DNA of 64,000 nt from an uncultured Alistipes sp. GTDB taxonomy: Bacteria > Bacteroidota > Bacteroidia > Bacteroidales > Rikenellaceae. This document shows, one piece after another, positions 53,306 to 63,172 of the stretch; position 1 is the first letter of the stretch; the number at the start of each line of letters is the position of its first letter. The notes under the pieces are model-generated. The model ran no database searches. It saw only the letters and a list, made by a program, of their open reading frames with translations, and had not been told where the DNA came from. The stretch covers positions 26,766-90,765 of the forward strand of contig CALVFO010000018.1 in assembly GCA_944326855.1 (NCBI GenBank), in the 5' to 3' direction. Made by a program: the position numbers and the translations under genes.

Positions 53306-53635
53306 ATGGAAATCATCGATCCTGCACCCAACTATCAAGAACCGAAACCCGAGACGTCGTTTCAATCGGACGCTTCGTTTTCCAATGCCTCGTCCATGCC
53401 CGTCCAATCCCCACAAGACCAAATCATCTCGGTAGGGGAATGGTTTCTGATCCTTTTAGTGGTCACGATTCCATTGGTCAACCTGATCGTACTGATCATA
53501 TGGGCACTCGGAGGCAGCAGCAACCTCAACAAGGTCAATTTTGCCAAGGCCAACCTGATCTGGCTCGCAATTCTGATCATACTGGGTATTTTCTTCTTTT
53601 CCAGCCTGATCGCAATTTTCATGGCACTCCAATAG
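53306..53635 (+). CDS. Small hypothetical membrane protein (2 predicted TM helices)
   Basis: ORF 53249..53635 (TTG start). The ATG at 53306 (MEIIDPAPNYQE...) is more plausible. It has two hydrophobic stretches (WFLILLVVTIPLVNLIVLIIWAL and LIWLAILIILGIFFFSSLIAIFMAL). I recognise no family. Confidence 0.55.
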   Translation: MEIIDPAPNYQEPKPETSFQSDASFSNASSMPVQSPQDQIISVGEWFLILLVVTIPLVNLIVLIIWALGGSSNLNKVNFAKANLIWLAILIILGIFFFSSLIAIFMALQ

Positions 53636-53802
53636 CCGTTATCCCCACAAAAGCCGTCGGAGGATCGATCTGTATGTTCCGAAACGCTTTCCGAGCATGA
53701 ACGTTCTTCCCTTCCGGAAGCGGAGACTTCTCCCCGACACCACCGACAACACGCTCCCGAATCGGTCACGATGACACTTTTCGATGGAGTCGTAGGGGGC
53801 TT

Positions 53803-53844
53803 AAAATGCCATACGCCCTGCGATGGTTCGCAGGGCGTATGGCA
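53803..53844 (-). terminator. Rho-independent terminator of the CNNM/hemolysin-family gene
   Basis: 16-bp perfect stem tgccatacgccctgcg / cgcagggcgtatggca (53807-53822 / 53829-53844), followed by T4 on the minus strand. It lies 19 nt downstream of the stop at 53863. Confidence 0.85.
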
Positions 53845-53862
53845 CATTTACAGGATCCGATT

Positions 53863-55158
53863 TCAGTTTTCCTCAGCAGGCTCTTCAGCGACCGGCAGTT
53901 TCGAAACCAAGACCTTGTCGATACGGGCTCCATCCATATCGACAATCTCCATGGAAAAAGACATCCACTGCAACTTTTCGCCCGTCCGGGGTACATGTTC
54001 CAAGCGATCGAGGATCAAACCGCTGAGGGTATTGTATCCATATTCCGAATAGAGATCCTCCATATCGAAATAGGTCAAAAAATCATAAAACGAACATTGT
54101 CCGTCCACCAACCATCCACCTTCTTCCCGTTGAATGATCTCGGGTTCTTCGCCCTCTTCGGTCGTGCTGCCGATCAATCCCCGAATAATATCTTTCAGGG
54201 TAACGATGCCTTCCACACTCCCGAATTCATCGATCACTAACGCCGACTTGACCTCCTGCGTTCTCAGTTGCTCCAAGGCATTGTATACACTCAAACGTTC
54301 CGGAATATACAAGACCGGACGCAATATCGCGCGCAAGTCGAATGCAGGATCATCCAGTTTCCCGAACAAATCCTTGAGATAAACCACTCCGTCGATCTGT
54401 TTGAGATTGTGATCGGCCACCGGATAAGCATTGTACAAATTATCTCTTACCGTCCGTTCGATTTGTTCCCGGGTATCGGACAGGCTTAACCAGACCATTT
54501 CGCTGCGATGCGTCATGATCGAGCCCACGTTGCGATCCCCGAGGTTAAAAACGCGTTCGACCAGTTCCTGTTCGACCTCCTGAACTTCTCCATCCTCGGT
54601 ACCTTCCTGAATAATCGCCTTGATTTCCTCTTCCGTCACCTTTCCTTCTTCAGACCCGCTGATGCCCAGCAAACGCAACATCCCGGCGGTACTCTTGGAG
54701 AGCAACCATACAAAAGGAGAGGCTACCTTCGAAAGCAGATACATGGGACGGGCCACCCATTTGGAAACCCGTTCAGAGGCCGTCATACCGATTCGTTTCG
54801 GCACCAGTTCTCCAATAATCAGGGTCAGATAAGTCACCACGATCACGATCAACGTCTGAGCGATGGCTACGGCATGAGCGCTCAACGGTTCGATCCGGGC
54901 AATCACCCGTCCGAAATCCTGAGCCAACACATCGCCCGAATACAACCCGGTCAAAATACCGACCAACGTAATACCGATCTGGATGGTCGAGAGAAACACA
55001 TCGGGGGAAGTGGCCAGTTTCAGCGCCGTCCGGGCCGATTTGCTGCCTTTTTTCGCATCGGCCTCCAGCCTGGACTTCCGAGCCGATACCAAGGCGATCT
55101 CCGACATGGACAAAATTCCATTAAGAACGATTAAACCGCAAATAATAACGATTTCCAT
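53863..55158 (-). CDS. Hemolysin-family / CNNM transporter-like protein (DUF21 TM domain, CBS pair, CorC_HlyC)
   Basis: ORF 53863..55158, 431 aa. The N-terminus LNGILSMSEIALVSARKSRL is typical of DUF21. There is a central CBS pair, and the C-terminal GFEYTLSGLILDRLEHVPRTGEK-like region resembles CorC_HlyC. Confidence 0.88.
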   Translation of the reverse strand: MEIVIICGLIVLNGILSMSEIALVSARKSRLEADAKKGSKSARTALKLATSPDVFLSTIQIGITLVGILTGLYSGDVLAQDFGRVIARIEPLSAHAVAIAQTLIVIVVTYLTLIIGELVPKRIGMTASERVSKWVARPMYLLSKVASPFVWLLSKSTAGMLRLLGISGSEEGKVTEEEIKAIIQEGTEDGEVQEVEQELVERVFNLGDRNVGSIMTHRSEMVWLSLSDTREQIERTVRDNLYNAYPVADHNLKQIDGVVYLKDLFGKLDDPAFDLRAILRPVLYIPERLSVYNALEQLRTQEVKSALVIDEFGSVEGIVTLKDIIRGLIGSTTEEGEEPEIIQREEGGWLVDGQCSFYDFLTYFDMEDLYSEYGYNTLSGLILDRLEHVPRTGEKLQWMSFSMEIVDMDGARIDKVLVSKLPVAEEPAEEN

Positions 55159-55392
55159 ATTATATAATCACATGCTTTCTGCATGACAAGATACGCATAA
55201 TCGGTGATTTTTTAAAATATCATCTTTCTTACACTCATCTTTCTTCCCAGATGTAGGTTCCAAAGGCTAAAACGATGATTCCGAACTCTCCTGACACTCC
55301 GTTTCCGACCGATAGCATTCCTAAAGCCGTTTTCAGGTTTTCGGATCCAACCCTCCCCACACCGAACCTTCCGAACGGGAATCCCGCTGGTC

Positions 55393-55427
55393 AAAAAAAC
55401 CGAGCCGGAGAGTTTTCTCCGGCTCGG
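55393..55427 (-). terminator. Rho-independent terminator of the yqeY-like gene
   Basis: 12-bp perfect stem ccgagccggaga / tctccggctcgg with loop gttt, followed by T7 on the minus strand. Confidence 0.85.
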
Positions 55428-55452
55428 CCCATCTTTCGGGCAGAGACCCGTT

Positions 55453-55905
55453 CTATTTCAACAAACGCTTCACCGTTTCGGCGATCTGCCGACCATCGGC
55501 CTTGCCGGCCAAACGTTTCGAAGCCACGCCCATCACTTTACCCATATCGGAAGGAGCTTTAGCGCCGACTTCAGCCATAATGGCCCGCAAAGCGGTCTCC
55601 AACTCTTCCGCCGACAAGGGTTTCGGCAGAAAAGTTTCCAGATACCCAGCCTCCGCCAATTCGTTTTCCGCCAATTCAGGACGGCCATTTTGGGTATACA
55701 CCGATGCCGATTCCCGGCGTTGTTTCACCAATTTCTGGATGATTTTCAAAACCGCTTCATCACTGATTTCCGACGAACCGTCCGCCGTTTTTGCCAATAA
55801 TATTTCAGCCTTAATGGCCCGCAAAGCCGTCAAACGAACCGGTTCTTTCGCCAGCATAGCCTGCTTGATTCCCTGGTTGATTTCCAATTCCAAACTCATA
55901 TCCAC
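55453..55905 (-). CDS. GatB/YqeY domain-containing protein
   Basis: ORF 55453..55905, 150 aa. AMLAKEPVRLTALRAIKAEI...KQRRESASVYTQNGRPELAENELAEAGYLETFLP is the typical YqeY pattern. Confidence 0.88.
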   Translation of the reverse strand: MDMSLELEINQGIKQAMLAKEPVRLTALRAIKAEILLAKTADGSSEISDEAVLKIIQKLVKQRRESASVYTQNGRPELAENELAEAGYLETFLPKPLSAEELETALRAIMAEVGAKAPSDMGKVMGVASKRLAGKADGRQIAETVKRLLK

Positions 55906-55971
55906 CTATATTAAAAAATTTGCTCTCTCCAATATTCATTACAACCCGATAAGGAACGTTTTCCATTCGGA

Positions 55972-57339
55972 CTAAACCCGCTGAAGCTGTTTGGGGTAAA
56001 AATGCTTCTTTTCAGACAACAGGAACAACAAGGCTACCAATGCGGCCAATAAATCGGAAACCGGAATCGAAAGCCAAACCCCGAATAAGCCCCACCAATG
56101 CGAAAAAAGATAGAGCAACGGGATCAAAAAAATCACCTGACGGGTCAACCCCATAAAGATGGCCTTAGGCGCCTTACTGATCGACTGGAAAAAGGTCGAC
56201 ACCACAATCTGAAAACCGACCACCGGCAACATCAGGCATACCAGTCGCATCCCCCGGGTTGCCATTTCCAGCAGATCGGGATCGGTCGTAAAGGCACTCA
56301 CCAAGGCTCGGGGCGCCAATTCGCCCAGCAACCAACCGACACCCATAATCACGAAAGCCACCCGAATGGTCAACAACAAAACGTCTTTCATACGTTTGTA
56401 CTTTTGAGCCCCGTAATTATACCCCACGATCGGCTGCATACCCTGACACAGCCCCATGACACACATGACAATCAAAATCGCAAAACTATTGACAATTCCA
56501 TACGCCCCGATGGCCAAATCGCCCCCTCCACGAACCAATTGATGATTCATGAGCACATTCACCGCGCTGGCTGTCAAATTCATCAAAAACGGCGCCATAC
56601 CGATGGAAACGATATTGCGAATAATCCGCTTTTTGGGGCGGAAACAGTTCCAACGGAAATGGACCGGATGGCGACGATTGAAGAAATGAGCCATCACAAA
56701 AACGGCACTGGCAAACATGGAGATAACCGTTGCGACCGCGGCACCCTCGATGCCCATGCCGAATCCGAAAATAAAAATCGGATCGAGAACGACATTCAAG
56801 CCCACTCCGATCAGAATCGTATACATCGATTTTTGAGGATAACCGGCCGCTCTCATGATTCCGCTGAAACTGTAACTCAGGTTCGTCAATACACTTCCCG
56901 GAATCACGATATTCAGATAGGCCTTGGCATAGGGGATTGTCTGTTCGCTTCCTCCGAAAGCCACCAGCACTTCATCCATATAGATCATGGACAGGGTGAT
57001 CAGAAAAGCCGACAATAAGAAAGTCAGGGCAAAGGCGTTTCCCAAAATATTGCGGGCCCATTTCAGATCTTTCATTCCCAAAACGATGGAAATACGGGAA
57101 GAGGCCCCGACCCCCACGAGGGTACCGATTGCTGCCACCATCGTACTCAAGGGCAAGGTTAGAGAAAGGCCTGAGATGGCCATCGGGCCGACGCCCTGTC
57201 CGATAAATACCCGATCGACGATATTGTATAACGAAGCCACCAACATCCCGACGATCGCCGGGAGGGAATACTTCAACAACAGACGTCCGACCTCTTCATG
57301 CTCCAATCCCGCAGTTGCTGTTTTTATATTCTGTGACAT
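55972..57339 (-). CDS. MATE family efflux transporter
   Basis: ORF 55972..57339, 455 aa. It has about 12 TM helices, and the N-terminus LLKYSLPAIVGMLVASLYNIVDRVFIGQGVG is typical of MATE transporters. Confidence 0.9.
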   Translation of the reverse strand: MSQNIKTATAGLEHEEVGRLLLKYSLPAIVGMLVASLYNIVDRVFIGQGVGPMAISGLSLTLPLSTMVAAIGTLVGVGASSRISIVLGMKDLKWARNILGNAFALTFLLSAFLITLSMIYMDEVLVAFGGSEQTIPYAKAYLNIVIPGSVLTNLSYSFSGIMRAAGYPQKSMYTILIGVGLNVVLDPIFIFGFGMGIEGAAVATVISMFASAVFVMAHFFNRRHPVHFRWNCFRPKKRIIRNIVSIGMAPFLMNLTASAVNVLMNHQLVRGGGDLAIGAYGIVNSFAILIVMCVMGLCQGMQPIVGYNYGAQKYKRMKDVLLLTIRVAFVIMGVGWLLGELAPRALVSAFTTDPDLLEMATRGMRLVCLMLPVVGFQIVVSTFFQSISKAPKAIFMGLTRQVIFLIPLLYLFSHWWGLFGVWLSIPVSDLLAALVALLFLLSEKKHFYPKQLQRV

Positions 57340-57834
57340 AAGTAGTTACCAAAATATCTCGTTTCAAATCACCTTTCATTCCAGGCGATCGAAGTGAACA
57401 AAGATACCGGAAAATATTCAAAAATTTCGTGCTTCCCCACAACTTTTTCAAGAAAACATTTCCTTTTATTCTTTATTTTCGTATATTAGTAACAGGTTAA
57501 GATGAGGGTTGTTTACGCTACAAAACGTAAACAAGGTAATGCTTTTTGAGCAATAACCATTTTGAGTTGTTCCCCGATAAATCCCTCATGCCATGAAAGA
57601 CCTGCTTCTAAGCTCCGGCTCCCCTAAAACATCGTTAAGGATTTATCCGGTCCGTCCTCTATCCAGTCTGGGACTGATGCTCCCATCCCGGTCTATATTC
57701 TCATGCTCTCAACAAGAGTGATACTCTGAACATTTAGTTCATCATATATTGTCATCCATTAACCTATAATCCTACCAATCTATCTCTGTTTTATTTTCAC
57801 TGATTCTTAACATAACTTTAAAACCTTTAGAGCT

Positions 57835-58593
57835 ATGAAAAAATCGATTTTCTTTCTTCTTATTATACTCGGCTTGAGTCCCGGTATCAATAGAATCGCT
57901 GCGCAAAATACGCCTCATATTAAAATCACCGTAAGCAACGACAAGGGTGATCCCCTGAGCGATGCATTGGTCTTTTTATCCTCCTCTCTCTTGTATAAAG
58001 AATTGGATAATGAAGGAAGTATTGAACTTCAACCGTTATCTAAGGACACGCTATTCGTCGTCAACAATAATTACATCTGCATGATTCCTTTGAGCGGCCA
58101 ATCCAATTTAGACATCTGCTTCCAAAAAAAATCGTTTTACAACAAACAAGATCCCAACACCATTTACAAATCGAGCAAATTACCTCGTTTCAATTATTCC
58201 AGACTGTACACAAATCCGGACATTCAATCATACGGCCGGGTTTCCACCTTAATCAAGGCTCGGTTCCCGTCGATCACCGTCAAATTTGTGCGCGGCAATT
58301 ATTATGCATTCCTACAAAATGCCATTTCAAGTAACTCCAAAGGCACTCAATATTTACAAGGCGGAGATCAAAGCGGAACGCTCAGAAATACAATCGTTCT
58401 TTTAGACCCCAATGACATCGGGGCTGCCTATATCTCCGTTGACGGGAAGTTATACAACTCCTTGAATCAAGTAGATCAAGATGTCAAATTGAATCGTTTG
58501 GTTTCCATCACGTTTGAACGTCCCGATCCCATGTTCGGGAAGGGCGGGAACGGAAGAGTCAACATCACCACGCTCGACAACAAAGACAATTGA
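57835..58593 (+). CDS. AT-rich orphan secreted protein: CarboxypepD_reg-like domain plus TonB-receptor plug-like region, no beta-barrel
   Basis: ORF 57835..58593, 252 aa. It has a signal peptide (MKKSIFFLLIILGLSPGINRIAAQ). IKITVSNDKGDPLSDALVFL resembles CarboxypepD_reg. VSTLIKARFPSITV...YISVDGKLYNSL...LVSITFERPDPMFGKGGNGRVNITT aligns by eye with the plug of the SusC in this window. It is visibly AT-richer than the flanking genes. Confidence 0.6.
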   Translation: MKKSIFFLLIILGLSPGINRIAAQNTPHIKITVSNDKGDPLSDALVFLSSSLLYKELDNEGSIELQPLSKDTLFVVNNNYICMIPLSGQSNLDICFQKKSFYNKQDPNTIYKSSKLPRFNYSRLYTNPDIQSYGRVSTLIKARFPSITVKFVRGNYYAFLQNAISSNSKGTQYLQGGDQSGTLRNTIVLLDPNDIGAAYISVDGKLYNSLNQVDQDVKLNRLVSITFERPDPMFGKGGNGRVNITTLDNKDN

Positions 58594-58614
58594 TAGAAGT
58601 CGATTCTTATCAAA

Positions 58615-58647
58615 AGACGCCGCAGAAATAAAATTTCTGCGGCGTCT
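58615..58647. terminator. Bidirectional rho-independent terminator between the convergent orphan gene and guaA
   Basis: 15-bp perfect stem agacgccgcagaaat / atttctgcggcgtct with a 3-nt loop. Confidence 0.8.
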
Positions 58648-58667
58648 CTATGAAGTCTTAATTCCGT

Positions 58668-60197
58668 CTATTCCCATTCGATGGTTGCGGGTGGTTTGGA
58701 ACTGATATCATACACCACGCGATTGATGCCTTTGACCCGATTGATGATTTCATTGGAAACCTTCGCCAAGAAATCATACGGCAAATGTACCCAATCGGCC
58801 GTCATACCGTCAGTCGAGGTCACCGCACGCAAAGCAACGCAACTTTCATACGTACGTTCATCGCCCATAACACCTACCGACTGTACCGGAAGCAACATCA
58901 CTCCGGCCTGCCAAACCTGATCATACAAACCGGCTTCCTTCAAGCCATCGATAAAAATCTGATCGGCATCCTGCAAAATACGGACCTTCTCTTCGGTCAC
59001 CTCACCCAAAATTCGGATTCCCAGACCCGGACCGGGGAAGGGATGGCGGCCCAAAATATCTGCCGGAATATTCAACTGACGTCCCACCCGACGCACTTCA
59101 TCCTTAAAGAGCAGACGAAGCGGTTCGACGATTTTCAAATTCATTTTTTCGGGCAGCCCGCCCACATTATGGTGCGATTTGATCGTAGCCGAAGGTCCGT
59201 TAACCGATACCGACTCGATCACATCGGGATAGATCGTACCCTGAGCCAGCCATTTCACGTCCGTGAGTTTCTGAGCCTCTTCATCGAACACTTCGATAAA
59301 GTCACGACCGATGATCTTGCGTTTTCGTTCGGGATCGGTCACACCGGCCAGATCGGACAAGAATTTCTGTCCGGCCCGCACCCCGATCACATTCAAGCCC
59401 ATCGACTCGTAGGAGTGCATCACGTTCTCAAACTCATTCTTGCGCAACAGGCCCATATCGACGAAAATACAGGTCAGATTCCGACCGATGGCCCGATGCA
59501 GCAGCATGGCGGCCACCGACGAATCGACCCCGCCGGAGAGGCCCAATACCACTTTATCGTTCCCCAGTTTTTCCTGCAATTCCTTGACCGTGGCATCGAT
59601 GAACGAATCGGGGGTCCAATCCTGCTTACAACCGCAGATATCCACCACGAAATTTCTCAGCAACTCCTTCCCTTCGGTGGAGTGATACACCTCGGGGTGG
59701 AATTGAATACCCCAAGTGGATTCACCCTCGATCTGAAAAGCCGCTACGGCCACATCTTCGGTACTGGCAATAATTTTATACCCCTGAGGAGCCTTGGTGA
59801 TGGTATCTCCGTGCGACATCCACACCTGACTGGTCTGGGAAAGACTTTTAATCAGGGGATTTTCGGTCTCCACCTTGGAAAGCATGGCCCGACCGTATTC
59901 CCGTGTCTTGGACGGCTGCACCTCGCCACCATAACTTTGGGCCAGATACTGTGCTCCGTAGCATACGCCCAACATCGGCAGTTTGCCCTTCATGGGAGAC
60001 AGGTCGATCTGAGGGGCATTCTCATCCCGCACCGACGAAGGACTCCCCGAAAGGATAATCCCCTTGACCGAAGCGTCCAGAACCGGTTTTCGATTATACG
60101 GAAGGATCTCGCAATAGACATTCAGTTCGCGCACCCGACGAGCAATCAGCTGCGTGTACTGCGATCCGAAGTCGAAAATCAATATTTTTTCCTGCAT
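58668..60197 (-). CDS. guaA: GMP synthase (glutamine-hydrolysing)
   Basis: ORF 58668..60197, 509 aa. It has [20 protein letters not shown], the PP-loop [12 protein letters not shown], and the C-terminal ...KPPATIEWE. Confidence 0.95.
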   Translation of the reverse strand: MQEKILIFDFGSQYTQLIARRVRELNVYCEILPYNRKPVLDASVKGIILSGSPSSVRDENAPQIDLSPMKGKLPMLGVCYGAQYLAQSYGGEVQPSKTREYGRAMLSKVETENPLIKSLSQTSQVWMSHGDTITKAPQGYKIIASTEDVAVAAFQIEGESTWGIQFHPEVYHSTEGKELLRNFVVDICGCKQDWTPDSFIDATVKELQEKLGNDKVVLGLSGGVDSSVAAMLLHRAIGRNLTCIFVDMGLLRKNEFENVMHSYESMGLNVIGVRAGQKFLSDLAGVTDPERKRKIIGRDFIEVFDEEAQKLTDVKWLAQGTIYPDVIESVSVNGPSATIKSHHNVGGLPEKMNLKIVEPLRLLFKDEVRRVGRQLNIPADILGRHPFPGPGLGIRILGEVTEEKVRILQDADQIFIDGLKEAGLYDQVWQAGVMLLPVQSVGVMGDERTYESCVALRAVTSTDGMTADWVHLPYDFLAKVSNEIINRVKGINRVVYDISSKPPATIEWE

Positions 60198-60227
60198 AGA
60201 TAAAAAAGTTATCGTCGTAAAGTCCCT

Positions 60228-62690
60228 TTAAGAACGAATCTGAGCTCCGAGTTGACGTTCGAATTCACGGATCAGGTTATTCATCGCCTTATCGATCACC
60301 TGATCCACCAACGTTTTGTCGGGATCGGACAGGATAAAGCTCAACGCATAGGATTTCTTGCCTTCGGGCAATTTATCGCCTTCGTATACATCGAACAACG
60401 AAACCCGTTTGAGCAATTTACGTTCAGCCCCGAAAGCCACCTTGCGCAACTGGGCAAACGTTACCGAACGATCGAGTAACAGAGCCAGGTCTCGACGCAC
60501 ATCGGGATATTTGGCCAATTCCTGCGCCGTAATTTTATGTTTGCGCAAGGCATGCATCAACGCCCCGAAGTCCATTTCCAAATAATAGACGTCGTTTTTC
60601 AGGTCAAAGGTTTTCAACCATTTCGAAGCAATAATCCCCATCTGGATCATCGGCTTACCGAAGATCTTGAACGTAACGCCCTGACGATAGAGATCGCTTT
60701 CGAGCGTATCCATAACGGCGGCTTCCAGATCAACGCCGAAACGACCCAACAAGCGTTCCGCCATCGCTTTCAGGGTATAAAAACTGGTCGGACGAGAGGG
60801 TTGATTCCAGGAAGCGGTATGATCCGCTCCGGTTACGGTCATCGACAGGCGCAGACCTTCGGAATAGGGAGCCAGACCGCCTTCGGTAGCCTTGGAAGGA
60901 TCGTACCAATAGCAGTTCCCGAATTCGTACAGTTTCAGATCGGCATTCCGGTGATTGACGTTCAGCTGTACGGCTTCCAGTGCATTGAACACCAAAGTCT
61001 GGCGCATCACGTTCAGATCATTGCTCAGCGGATTGAGAATCCGCACGCAATTTTCGGCCGGATATGCCTGTAAACCTTCATAATAGGCTCCTTTGGTCAA
61101 CGAGTTGCTCATAATTTCGTGGAAACCGTTCGCGGTCAGCAGATCCGAAGCCGCGTTCACCAGTTTATCCCGGTCGGGTTTCGGAGCATAGGCGAGGGTA
61201 GAGGTGACCCGTTGCGGAACCTCGATGTTGTTATACCCATAAATACGCAGAATATCCTCGATCAGATCGGCTTCGCGCTGTACGTCTACCCGGTAGGGCG
61301 GTACAGCCACTTCCAACACGCCGTGTTTTTCCTTTTCGATCGTCACGTCCAAGGCTTCGATGATTTTGCGCACGGTTTCAGCGGGAATATCCTTGCCGAT
61401 CAAACGATTGATGCGATCATAGGAAACCTCGAAACGGAACGGACCGATCGGATCGGGATAAAGGTCAGTGACCGGAGAGGCGATCTGCGCCCCGGCCAAC
61501 TCACAGATCAACAAGGCAGCCCGTTTCAACGCATAAGGCGTAATATTGGGATCGATTCCTCGTTCGTAACGGAACGAAGCATCGGTACTCAGCCCGTGAC
61601 GGCGAGCCGATTTCCGAATCCAGCGAGGATCGAAATATGCCGATTCCAGGAACACTTCGGTCGTCTGGTCGGTAACCCCCGAATCCAGCCCCCCGAAAAT
61701 GCCTGCCAAACACATCGGTTCTTCCGCGTTGCAGATCATCAGATCTTCGGAAGAGAGTTTCCGTTCCACACCATCCAAGGTCACAAACGGAGTTCCTTCG
61801 GGGCAGGTACGCACCACGATCTTACGTCCCTTGATCTTGCCGGCATCGAAAGCATGCAGCGGCTGCCCCACTTCGTGCAACACGAAATTGGTGATATCCA
61901 CCACATTGTTATGAGGATTCAGGCCGATCGAACGCAGATGATTCTGCAACCATTCCGGCGAAGGGCCCACTTTCACCCCGGTCAGGGTCAAGCCCATATA
62001 GCGAGGAGCCGCTTCGTGATTGTGTACTTCCACATCGATGCCTTTCGCGGCATCATTAGCCTGGAAGGCATTCACATCCGGCAATTCCAACCGACAGGGC
62101 AGGTCGTTGGAGCGCAGATAAACCGCCAGATCTCGGGCCACACCATAATGCGACACGGCATCGGCCCGGTTCGGCGTCAGTCCGATCTCCATCAGGTAGT
62201 CGTCTTCGATCCGATACACCTCCCGCAGGGGTGTTCCGGCCACCGTATCGGCCGGCAATACGATAATACCGGCATGATCGGTTCCCAGACCCAATTCATC
62301 TTCGGCACAAATCATCCCCAAGGATTCCACGCCGCGTATTTTGCTCTTTTTGATTTTGACTCCGTTTTCTTCTCCGATCGGATACAGCACCGTACCGACC
62401 GTAGCGACCGGAACTTTCTGACCGGCAGCCACATTGGGGGCTCCGCATACGATCTGCAAAGGGGCTCCGGAACCGACATCCACCGTTGTCACCTTGAGTT
62501 TGTCGGCATCGGGATGTTTCTCGCACGTAAGTACTTCTCCCACAACCACACCGGCCAAACCACCGCGAACGGTTTCGACCTGTTCGAGGCTTTCCACTTC
62601 CAAGCCGATATCCGTCAGGATTTTAGCAGTCTGTTCGGCATCCAGTTCGGTTTGAATATAATTTTTCAGCCAATTATACGATATCTTCAT
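60228..62690 (-). CDS. pheT: Phenylalanine--tRNA ligase beta subunit
   Basis: ORF 60228..62690, 820 aa. It has the N-terminus MKISYNWLKNYI, a tRNA-binding (EMAP-like) domain HPDADKLKVTTVDVG, and B3_4/B5/FDX-ACB order. Confidence 0.95.
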   Translation of the reverse strand: MKISYNWLKNYIQTELDAEQTAKILTDIGLEVESLEQVETVRGGLAGVVVGEVLTCEKHPDADKLKVTTVDVGSGAPLQIVCGAPNVAAGQKVPVATVGTVLYPIGEENGVKIKKSKIRGVESLGMICAEDELGLGTDHAGIIVLPADTVAGTPLREVYRIEDDYLMEIGLTPNRADAVSHYGVARDLAVYLRSNDLPCRLELPDVNAFQANDAAKGIDVEVHNHEAAPRYMGLTLTGVKVGPSPEWLQNHLRSIGLNPHNNVVDITNFVLHEVGQPLHAFDAGKIKGRKIVVRTCPEGTPFVTLDGVERKLSSEDLMICNAEEPMCLAGIFGGLDSGVTDQTTEVFLESAYFDPRWIRKSARRHGLSTDASFRYERGIDPNITPYALKRAALLICELAGAQIASPVTDLYPDPIGPFRFEVSYDRINRLIGKDIPAETVRKIIEALDVTIEKEKHGVLEVAVPPYRVDVQREADLIEDILRIYGYNNIEVPQRVTSTLAYAPKPDRDKLVNAASDLLTANGFHEIMSNSLTKGAYYEGLQAYPAENCVRILNPLSNDLNVMRQTLVFNALEAVQLNVNHRNADLKLYEFGNCYWYDPSKATEGGLAPYSEGLRLSMTVTGADHTASWNQPSRPTSFYTLKAMAERLLGRFGVDLEAAVMDTLESDLYRQGVTFKIFGKPMIQMGIIASKWLKTFDLKNDVYYLEMDFGALMHALRKHKITAQELAKYPDVRRDLALLLDRSVTFAQLRKVAFGAERKLLKRVSLFDVYEGDKLPEGKKSYALSFILSDPDKTLVDQVIDKAMNNLIREFERQLGAQIRS

Positions 62691-63049
62691 GGCAAATCTT
62701 AGATTTTTAACGCGCTAAAGGTACAAAAAAGTTATCACCCGGCCAACTGACTTCCGGCGGGATTATCAACAAAAAGCCACCGTAAAGCCAAATCGCGCCA
62801 GGCTTCCAGAGCCCGGCCTTCGCTCCGTTTCAAATTTTCCCCACGGAAAACCTTTTGTTTTATGGAACTCCATGCATGGAAACTGACACTCAAAAACACA
62901 CGGAATCAGACACTTTCCATGCAACATTCGCCACCTGTGAATCATCTTTTCCATCCACGAGCGCTTCACCCCCAAGTCGGTTAGAAGAGAACCTTCCCAG
63001 AATGGTCCCACGGAGCCTCTGTCCCCCGATATAATACCTCATATCATAA

Positions 63050-63083
63050 AAAACCTCTTTCAGCATGAACTGAAAGAGGTTTT
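63050..63083 (-). terminator. Rho-independent terminator of lysA
   Basis: 14-bp perfect stem aaaacctctttcag / ctgaaagaggtttt with loop catgaa. It has a T-run on the minus strand and lies 90 nt downstream of the stop at 63173. Confidence 0.85.
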
Positions 63084-63172
63084 ACCATAAGATCCATCCA
63101 CGATCCGTGAAACCGGAAGGTTGTTTCGCCCGGATGTTGTTGACTGAACCAACGATCAGTGAATCGATTCGC

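Noticed and set aside
58785-62702. 472-aa (58785..60203) and 527-aa (61119..62702) plus-strand ORFs
   Set aside because: They are antisense to guaA and pheT, two of the most confidently identified genes in the window.
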